A DNA stretch of 64,000 nucleotides from Thecamonas trahens ATCC 50062. Taxonomy: Eukaryota; Protista; Apusomonadida. The DNA lies in NCBI RefSeq assembly GCF_000142905.1, contig NW_013657625.1:159690-223689 (forward strand), in the 5' to 3' direction. Shown piece by piece: positions 55,694 to 64,000 of the stretch (within the stretch, counting starts at the first letter, position 1; each line of letters starts with the position of its first letter). Made by a program: the position numbers and the translations under genes. The notes beneath the pieces were generated by a model. The model was not told the origin of the DNA, did no database searches, and was given only the letters and a program-made list of their open reading frames with translations.

Positions 55694-56458
55694 TCACTTG
55701 TTCCACCAGTACATGGCGATGACGATGATGCAAAAGGCGATGACCGAGGCAAGGATGTACATGTCGCGGCGCTTACGCGACTTGATCTTGGACATGATGT
55801 TGCCGATGAGCGGGAAGCGAGCAGACATGTCTGCGAGGCGCGAGTTGATGGAACGGAACTGGCCGGTCTCGCGGAGGAGCTCTGCGCGAGAGGCGGCAGC
55901 GGAGCCGAGGAGAGCGTCTGTCATGCGATCAGTAGCGTTGATGGCGCGTGCCTCGCGAAGGACATGCTCCTGCTCGGACTTGTAGGCGGCGATGCCCTCG
56001 TCCATCGAGTCGAGGAGTTGAATGCGTGCCAGGTAGTTGTTGACGTGATCCCTCGTCTTTCTGAACTCGACTTCAAAGTCGCGCAGCATCTCCCGATCCC
56101 GATGAAGGGTGTGAACCCTTGCCGGCGGCGGAGTCAGCTTTGATGCTGAGATGATGTTGCCCATGTTTGCCACGGTCTCCTTGAGAGCCAACAGAAGAGT
56201 ATCCAGCTCCGCCGCGAGAGCATCAAAGGTCATCTTTGCCTCTGTCAGAGACGATGACGAAGCAGGACCAAGACCAGGTACAGAACCCATTTCCACATCA
56301 GCATATCCACCCGTTGTACCACCAGCTCGATGATGATCTTCTCCTTCCATACTCGAAAGACTTGCTCCGAGCTGAGACAAAGCAATGAGCTTGGAGTCGA
56401 TCTCTCCTTCCAACTGCTTGGCACTCCGTCGCAACTCATCCCATCCTCCGCTAGCCAT
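55694..56458 (-). CDS. GOSR1: Golgi Qb-SNARE GS28/Gos1
   Basis: WDELRRSAKQLEGEIDSKL, HTLHRDREMLRDF, RFPLIGNIMSKIKSRKRRD followed by a C-terminal TM. Confidence 0.93.
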   Translation of the reverse strand: MASGGWDELRRSAKQLEGEIDSKLIALSQLGASLSSMEGEDHHRAGGTTGGYADVEMGSVPGLGPASSSSLTEAKMTFDALAAELDTLLLALKETVANMGNIISASKLTPPPARVHTLHRDREMLRDFEVEFRKTRDHVNNYLARIQLLDSMDEGIAAYKSEQEHVLREARAINATDRMTDALLGSAAASRAELLRETGQFRSINSRLADMSARFPLIGNIMSKIKSRKRRDMYILASVIAFCIIVIAMYWWNK

Positions 56459-57074
56459 ACTCTTTCGTCCTCTTTTCACAAAACTTTCACCACAGACTAT
56501 ATGTAACCTGTTCTAGATGCTAGTCTGCTTGAAAGCCAGATTTTCCCCTTTGTACCTAGCCCTGCAGTGAGTCGAGTCTTGGCACCCTTGTCAGCCAGAC
56601 AGCACCGTCCCTCGCCACTCGTCGTCCGTCGGTCGGTGACCTGGCAGTCGTCGACAAACGGACTTTGACGCGGTTTGGCCGCAAGTGTATTGGAGGGCGT
56701 TGGGACGTGGATCAAAATGAAGGGAGAGTGTGGGGGAGGGGAGAGGAATCATGATCTTTATCTCGGTAGCGATGTATGTCTTGGCGGCGATCTCCATCTA
56801 GAGGCCGAAGCAGAGGCGATCCTCAGTCTGGACGATCATGTCGTCCTTGCGAGGGTGGGACAAGGGGAGCGATCCATGGACGTGGGCACGTTGGTTGGCG
56901 GGAAAGCAAGTGATTTTGGCCTGCTAGGGTCTGGGCTGAGAGACTGGGCGCGTCTTGTTGGTAAGGATGGCTGCAGAACCTGGGTTCGGAGTTCCTTCTC
57001 GACCAGCGACTGGCAGCCGAGCCCATTCCTTCTCATCGATGCACCCGCTATCTGCATCGCCACTCATCTCAAAC

Positions 57075-57365
57075 ATGTCCGCACGTGGATCACCTCCCAC
57101 ATCAGGTAGTAGAGCTCGCGCCCCGCTCGATGAGCGACTTGCGGCGGCGGCGGCTCGGAGGAAGGCTGCTGCGCGTACCGCTCGTTCCGTGCGAGCAAAG
57201 GAGGCGGCGGAACGTGCGCGGCGGACCGCGTCATCAAAGACTAAAGGATGCACCAACTGCTACGAATGCGTGACCAATCCTGGATATGCAGCCGCCTTTA
57301 TCTGCTTTGCGCCCTGCCATTGCACCTGCCACACATCGGCGCACTACTATCCCGATGGGAGGTGA
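57075..57365 (+). CDS. Small basic protein with Cys/His-rich C-terminus
   Basis: 96-aa ORF from ATG 57075 ending CTNCYECV...ICFAPCHCTCH. Confidence 0.4.
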   Translation: MSARGSPPTSGSRARAPLDERLAAAAARRKAAARTARSVRAKEAAERARRTASSKTKGCTNCYECVTNPGYAAAFICFAPCHCTCHTSAHYYPDGR

Positions 57366-57498
57366 TGCACCTGAACCGACCGATCACCGACCGATCAACC
57401 CGTTCCACTCCTCCCCGACTCGAGTCGCGCCCTCCTCTCACCCTTGCTCCGGCCATGACATCAATACACGCCGTATCCAGTCTCTCCCCTTCTCTGCC

Positions 57499-57675
57499 CA
57501 CGACCACGACCACGATCACAAGCAAGATCACGACCACGAGCACGACCACGCGATCACGACCATGATCACGATCACGACCACGACCACGCGATCACGACCA
57601 TGATCACGATCACGACTGCGATCAAGATCATGATCACGCCCACAATCGCGCACGTTCACGATCACCAGCACGATT
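57499..57675. repeat. Degenerate 6-bp (CACGAY)n repeat
   Basis: Direct observation. Confidence 0.8.
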
Positions 57676-57955
57676 CCCATCTCTTCATCCGCTAGGCGGT
57701 GAGGGAGAAGGACAAAGCGACAGGCTGCCATGTCTGCCATTCCGATCATTTCTTCCATTGAGCGAGACAAACTGGCATCGGAGACTGGCATTCCCCCCCC
57801 CTCCCACCAACAGGCGATAGTCAAGCCACTTCACCCCCCCCCCCCCCCCCCCCCCCTCCCCCCCGCGCTGACCCGTCATCCCAGAAGGACGACTAGGAAC
57901 AAGAGACAGACAAGAGACACCAACCGTAGTCTGTAATACTCCTACCGAGCCCATA

Positions 57956-58115
57956 ATGGAAGCAGTTGCCACCTCTCCACAGGCTGTACCACCTCCACCC
58001 GACCACCAGGCTGCTACTATGGAGCCATATCTCACCCAGCGATTGACGGCAGAGACACCTTGGTGTCTCATCGCTCGCACCGTACGCCTTTTTTTTTTTT
58101 TCTGAGGTCAAGACA

Positions 58116-58209
<94 letters not shown>

Positions 58210-61200
58210 ACCATCTTCCCGTTCCCGTCCCCCCCTCCCCGTCACAGCTTTCTCTTTCTCTCTGAGCCTCTCTGTACCGACACCATCATCGTACATACAT
58301 ACATATATATGTTTTGGGGGGTCTGGCGTGTTTTATTTCGGCTGAAAAAATCTTTGGGAAATGACGCCTGCGTTTGTTAGATTTGCATGCAAGTTCTCCC
58401 TCCTTCCCTTCTTCTCTACAGCTGGGCTTGGCCTTGGTTGATCTCTGTCTCCCTCTTTCCTCTCCTCTGTTCTCACTCTTTGTCGGCTTGCTCTCGTCCG
58501 TAGTGGTTTGATGAATGGAAGGCGTACGCAGGTCTGTTTGATGGACACTCGTCGTCTACCCTCCCTGGTGCTATTGATAACGGTCCGCTGGTGGTCGACA
58601 TCGACGCAGAGACACCCGAGCTGAAGGAGAGGCTGCTGGACGGGACCGATTACGAGCTTATTCCCGCACCGGGCTACGATCAGCTGGTGGCGTGGTACGG
58701 CGGCGGCCCGCGGATTACCCGCCACGTCATTGCTCTCGGTGTCTCGTCGCAGCTCGTCTGCGAGGTCTATCCACTCAAGCTTCGCCTTGTCCTCGCACCG
58801 GACCTCGCGACCGACGCTGTTGTTCTCCACCTCTCCAAGCTCGCCACCATTGCCGACCTCCGTGCCGCCATCATTGACGCTCTCGATCTCGACGTCGATA
58901 ACGACCATGTCCTTCACTGCCATAACTTTTTTGGCGACGTGGCAGCCGAGGATTTGCTCGATCCGGCGTCATCGGATCTCGCCGAGAGTCACACCCTCGA
59001 TCGTGCATGCCTTGTTCACGGGCAGAAACTGCTGATCTCGCTTGTGCCGGTCGACGGCGGCGTGGCCTCTGCGTCAGACTCGGACTCGATCGTGGCGCTC
59101 GTCTCCGACTCGGACTCAGACAGCGGCGCCGACGGGTGGAACATGTTCCCGCCGACCACCTCGCAGTGGTCGTACAGCCCCGGCGGTGTCGCTCGCCGGG
59201 CGCGACCGCTCGGTACTGCCGGCGTCGAGCGCATCGGCGCCGTCCCGGGCGTCTGCGGGCTCTCCAACCTTGGCAACACGTGCTTCATGAACTCGGGCCT
59301 GCAGTGCATCACCCACGCACCGCAGCTCGTTGAGTACCTCCTTGCCGACAAGCACGTGCCAGAGATCAACCGTGACAATCCGCTCGGCATGTCCGGCGAG
59401 GTCGCCGACGAGTTTGTCGCCCTCCTCAAGCTCATGTGGTCGGGCAATTACGCCTCGGTCGCCCCGCGCTCGTTCAAGTACACTATTGGTCGCTTTGCGC
59501 CGCGCTTTGTCGGCTTTGGCCAGCAGGACTCGCAAGAGCTCATCGCCTTTCTCCTTGATGGCCTCCACGAGGATCTCAACCGCATCCTCGACAAACCGCT
59601 CGTCCCGGTTGTCGAGGCTGCCGGCCGCCCCGACGATGTTGTCGCCAGCGAGGCCTGGACCGGCCATCTCCGCCGCAACGACTCGGTCATTGTCGACCTC
59701 TTCCAGGGCCAGCTCAAGTCGCGCGTTGTCTGCCCCATGCCCGACTGCGGCAAGGTCTCGGTCACCTTTGACCCGTTCATGTACCTCTCCGTCCCGGTTC
59801 CCGACGGCGGCCCGCGCCAGCTCACCGTCCGAGTCGTGCTTGCCGACCCGACCGCCAAGCACGTCATCGCCAAGATCTTCGCCGCCCCGGGCGACACTGT
59901 CGCCACACTCAAGTCCAAGGTCGCCTCGCTCGTGAGCTCGGACCCGCATCGCCTCATCCTCGTCGAGATCTATGACCACAAGCTTTACAAGACCTTTGAT
60001 TCGGACTACGAGGCCCTCGCAGACATCCTTGACGAGGACGTCCTCGTTGCTTACGAGATCCCAAAGGCTCTTGCGACTCTCCCGCCGTACAACCCGGCCC
60101 TCGCCCAGCCTACTTTTCCTGCACCCACCGACGCCACGGCCCCGCCCGATGAGGCGCCAGCTGCTTCGGACTCGGACTCCGACTCTTCCAACACCGCCGC
60201 ACTCAAGGCCAACGCCGATGCTGCCAACTTGCCGCCGACCACCGGCTCGGCGCTGCCGCTCTCCGATCCCCGCTGCCCGTACATGGCGTTTCCCATTTCG
60301 CACACCAAGCTGGAGTTCCGGGCCCCGCGTTCGGCCTTCTACCGTGCCTCGCGCAAGCCCGTGCTCACCCAGGTCGCCTTTGGCGTCCCCTCGCTCGTCT
60401 TTCTCGCCAAGCCTGTAGCCAACCAGGCCGCTGTGGAGGAAGCACTTCTCGACAGCCTCGCCCGCTACGTCTCGCGCCCGACTGACGACGACCTGGCCGC
60501 CGCAGGCCTCGTCGGCGATTCCGAAGAGCGAGCTGCCCGCAAGGCCGAGCGCAAGGCCGCCCGTCGCGCCGCCGCCAAGGCCGCCCGCACCAAGCGCCGC
60601 GCCGCGCACAGGGTCAAGAAGATCCAGGTTGCCGAGCGAACCAAGAAGAAGAACGCGGCCAAGGCCGCTGTCCGCGAGGTGGTCGCGGCTGCCAGGGCCG
60701 CTGCGCGCGGAGCAGGCGTCGACGCCCTCGATTCGTCCGATACCGACGACTCAGACCTTGACACGCCCAGCATCTCCGGCTCGACGCTCTCGTCCCTCTC
60801 GGACACGCTCTCGACCTCGGGCTCGACCGAGATCGACTCGTCCGACTCGTCCGACTCGGACGTCGATTGGGCCACGCTTGGGGTGCCTGAGGAGACGCCG
60901 ACCAAGCTTGTCCATCTCGGCCCGGATGGCCGCGGCCCGTCGGTTGACTCGTACATCCGCGGTCGAGTTTCGGCCGCCGCCGAGACCACCTTTGTCGCCA
61001 CGTGGAATGCCAAGCTCCTTGACGCATGCTACGACACGGCTGGCGCCGATGCCTGCCGCGCCGTCACCGAGCTCCCACCCAAGGCCGACGACGAAGCTCC
61101 CAACGTACTCTCGTGCCTCCGCAAGTTTACCAAGGAAGAGCAGCTGGGCGAGGAAGACCTGTGGTACTGCCCAGACTGTGAGACCTTCCGGCAGGCGACG

Positions 61201-61743
61201 AAGAAGTTTGACCTCTATTCGCTCCCGGACGTTCTGGTCATTCATCTCAAGCGGTTCCGTCAGTCGCGCTACTCGCGCGAGAAGATCGACGTCCTCATTG
61301 ACTTTCCGCTCGAGGGCCTCGACCTCGGCGAGTTCCTCCCCGAGTCGGCCGCCGAGCAGGTAGCCGGGGCCACCGTCTACGATCTCTTTGCTGTCTCGGA
61401 CCACTTTGGCGGCCTCGGCGGAGGCCACTACACGGCCCACGCCAAGAACCACCAGACCGGCCGCTGGCACTACTTTAACGACTCGTCCACCTCGGTTGTT
61501 GTCGGCGATGACGACGTCGTCTCTGCTGCTGCCTACCTGCTCTTCTACCAGCGCCGCGGCGCAGAACTTCACGTCCCCAACAAGCCGCCGGTCCGCCCGC
61601 CGCCGGCCTCTGACGACGGCGCATCGTCCGCATCCTCGGATCGCACCCGCGGCGAGCCCGAGGCATTGGACGATGACCCAACCGCGTCGGGTGCCGAGCC
61701 GTTTGATCTTGACGGCTCAGACGCAGCGTTCTACCGAGTGTAG
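57956..61743 (+). CDS. USP15: Ubiquitin-specific protease USP4/11/15 family (DUSP-UBL-USP); exons 57956-58081 and 58504-61743
   Basis: DUSP (PWCLIART|WFDEWK...PGAIDN...WYGGG), Cys box [19 protein letters not shown], His box [17 protein letters not shown]. Phase-0 intron GTACG...CGTAG containing (CT)n at about 58118-58207. Confidence 0.93.
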
Positions 61744-61822
61744 TGCCCGTCGCAGACCGCTGGCGGACTTGTTGCCGTGGGCGTCTCGGCTCCGTCCGCA
61801 CGCCGCGGCAGAGCACACGAGT

Positions 61823-64000
61823 TTACACACCGATGGGGATCCACTTCTTTGGATCGGTGGCGTACGTGATGTCCTTGGGCGAGACAAACACCCCATGACC
61901 AGACTTGCACTTGAAGTACCGGTAGCCATAGACCGAACCGTCGTGCTTGCCCACAGGCTTCATAAGCTCAACCCCGACCCAGATGCCCTGGCCAAAGAAG
62001 GTCGGCCCAAGGTAGCGGATGATGCCATCGGCGTAGCCTGAGACAGACACCGTTTTGCCGAGCGCGAGCTGCGACGGCGCCACGGCCTTGCCGGTCCGCC
62101 CTCGCTTCCCGTTGCGGCCCTTGCTCTTGCCCTTGCTGCTCTTGGCCTGCTCGCTCCTACCGATCTTCTTCCTCCGCCGGATCCGAACCCGTTCGCCGCC
62201 TGTTCCGCCGTTGGCCTCGGCCAGCGACTCGGCAAACGTCGGGGCTCGCCCATCCGCCGACATCCGCAGCGTCGATCGGCCACCAGCAAACGCCCGGGGC
62301 GAGTGGCCCACTTGGTCTTGCGCCGCTGCCGCCGCCGCCGCCGCCGCAGCCGCAGCGGCAGACGCCTCTGCCGCTGCGGCAGCGGCTGCCGCGTCAGCCG
62401 CCGCCGCCATCGCGCGATCGCGCCGCTGCCGCGCCTCAGACTCACCTAAAACCGATTGCATAACCGCATCCGCGCGCGCATCCAGCTGCTCGTGACCACT
62501 GACAGCATGCTGCTGTTGCTGCTGGCGGTAAGCGGGCACGCCAGGTGGAGTCCGCAGTTGTGACGGCGAGACCGGCGCCGGCCATGCCGGCAGCGGGTCC
62601 GCCATGGCAGCTGCAGCCCGGATCCGCGCGCTGTGAGTGTGGCTGCCAGCGGCGACAGCTGCGGATGACGACGCGTCACTAACTTGACCATTGCTGGCGT
62701 CCGACTGGAAGAATCGCCGAGTCCACGGGCCGTCTGGCGTCGCTGTCGCCTGTTGCGACGGCGAGTCGTACATCTCGGCCTGTTGCGCCATGGCGCCGAC
62801 CGAACGATGGACTGCATGCTGCGGCTGGGCTGCTTCGCCGCGGGTCATCTGCGCATGCTGCGGAGCCACCGCAGGCATCTGGGCTGGCACCGGCGTCTCG
62901 CCGAGCTGGGTCGGCCGCGGAGGCCGTGCAGGCCGCGGCTCTGGCTGGGCCTGAGCTTCGGCCTGGGCTTCGACATGCGCATGGGCTTGAGCTTGGGCCT
63001 GAGCTTCGATGCTCATGCCTGACATCGACGACGCCGCCGAGTTTGCCCGGCTTCTGCTCTGACCAGACGTGGTCGAGTTGGCGGTCGAGTTTGCGCGGCT
63101 TCGCGGGATGAGCTCCTCGCCTGGATTGGGAGTAGTCATGCCGCTGCGCGGCGTGGCTGTAGTCGATCTTGTTCGCCGGGCGTCGAGGGCAGCCTGGACG
63201 ACCGACGAGCCGACGCTTGCCTGCTGCGGACCACCTGCTGCAGCAAGCGCGGCGCCAGCGAGGGTCGCCCGGCGCGGGGCAGGAGTGGTCATCGACCCGT
63301 GGCTCGCCTGGCTCGTACCCGCACTCATCGACGACGACGTCGGGTAAGTCCCGCGTCCCGCCTCCTGCTGGGCGTAGTAGCGCTCTGTCCAAGAGGCTGG
63401 TGTCTGCGAGCCCGCTGCCGAGGAAGCCGGAGCCGTCGAGCCGTAGCGGGCAGCAAAGCCCGGCGATGGCCCCGCCGGGGCATCGTGGGTCGCACCCATG
63501 CTGGTCTGGGCCCGCGCGTCGCGCTTGTATGGGTTGGGCGAGAGCGAGAGTGGAGGCGTGGCGGCACGCTTCTTGGCGTGCCACTCCTCCTCGGCCTGCA
63601 GCAGGATCCGGGCCATGTCGTGACAGCCATGAGTGGCGGCGTACTGGGCCGGCGTGCCGATGCGCGGCAAGTTGAAAGCGGCAGCGAGTGAGGCGGCACC
63701 GCGAGCGTCGACGGTGGCGCCATGCGGATCGCCGACCTGAGTCGGATCAGCGCCCAGGTCAAGGAGCGTGAGCAGCATGTCCATCCGCTCGGGCGCCTCG
63801 GCTGGGTTGTCGGTCACGCAAAAGTGAAGCGCCGAGCAGCCCTCGATGGTGACCTGGTTGACGTCTGCGCCCATTTCGAGCAGATACTCTGCCGCCGGAC
63901 CGTTGCCGTTGGCGATGGCAAACATGAGGAGGGTGACGCCGCCATGGGCATCCGGATACCTCTCGTTGACGTCGACACCTGTGTTCTCGACGGCGTACTT
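61823..64000 (-). CDS. Ankyrin-repeat + CAP-Gly protein (5' end outside the window)
   Basis: Ankyrin repeats (GVTLLMFAIANGN...LLEMGADVN, TPAQYAATHGC); CAP-Gly GIIRYLGPTFFGQGIWVGVEL..PVGKHDGSV.G.RYF.C...HGVFV. Frame is open to 64000. Confidence 0.9.
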   Translation of the reverse strand, partial: KYAVENTGVDVNERYPDAHGGVTLLMFAIANGNGPAAEYLLEMGADVNQVTIEGCSALHFCVTDNPAEAPERMDMLLTLLDLGADPTQVGDPHGATVDARGAASLAAAFNLPRIGTPAQYAATHGCHDMARILLQAEEEWHAKKRAATPPLSLSPNPYKRDARAQTSMGATHDAPAGPSPGFAARYGSTAPASSAAGSQTPASWTERYYAQQEAGRGTYPTSSSMSAGTSQASHGSMTTPAPRRATLAGAALAAAGGPQQASVGSSVVQAALDARRTRSTTATPRSGMTTPNPGEELIPRSRANSTANSTTSGQSRSRANSAASSMSGMSIEAQAQAQAHAHVEAQAEAQAQPEPRPARPPRPTQLGETPVPAQMPAVAPQHAQMTRGEAAQPQHAVHRSVGAMAQQAEMYDSPSQQATATPDGPWTRRFFQSDASNGQVSDASSSAAVAAGSHTHSARIRAAAAMADPLPAWPAPVSPSQLRTPPGVPAYRQQQQQHAVSGHEQLDARADAVMQSVLGESEARQRRDRAMAAAADAAAAAAAAEASAAAAAAAAAAAAAQDQVGHSPRAFAGGRSTLRMSADGRAPTFAESLAEANGGTGGERVRIRRRKKIGRSEQAKSSKGKSKGRNGKRGRTGKAVAPSQLALGKTVSVSGYADGIIRYLGPTFFGQGIWVGVELMKPVGKHDGSVYGYRYFKCKSGHGVFVSPKDITYATDPKKWIPIGV

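Noticed and set aside
180-63762. Numerous long antisense or alternate-frame ORFs in the track (e.g. 17788-range shadows of the rib gene, 29856-31112, 43011-44222, 59116-60609)
   Set aside because: They are shadows of real genes caused by high GC and codon bias, with no independent motifs.

Overview
GC-rich, very gene-dense eukaryotic (protist) genomic DNA. It has few spliceosomal GT-AG introns (mostly GTACG donors), four 100-N gaps and one ~200-N gap. Composition, gene content (e.g. the basal-body protein BBOF1) and intron style suggest a flagellate such as the apusomonad Thecamonas trahens; this is inference and I cannot verify it. About 30 protein-coding genes are supported, including cyclophilin, a Ser/Thr kinase, AMPK-beta, LRR-IQ-RasGEF, ABHD14, a Canopy-like protein, BBOF1, a papain-family cathepsin, a giant proline-rich multi-TM surface protein, NDUFAF3, a JmjC protein, an M6PR-like receptor, COX17, a Nudix hydrolase, an HSF-like factor, a Cu P1B-ATPase, an SPX-C2H2 protein, GOSR1, USP4/11/15 and an ankyrin-CAP-Gly protein. 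The standout is at 16713-20884 (minus strand). What the ORF track shows as two genes is one gene with a single -1 frame break, encoding a ~1390-aa polypeptide carrying riboflavin synthase, RibD deaminase/reductase, RibB, RibA and lumazine synthase: essentially the whole riboflavin pathway in one chain. At least six other genes have similar single-base frame breaks, most likely assembly errors. No tRNA, rRNA, CRISPR array or intact mobile element was recognised.
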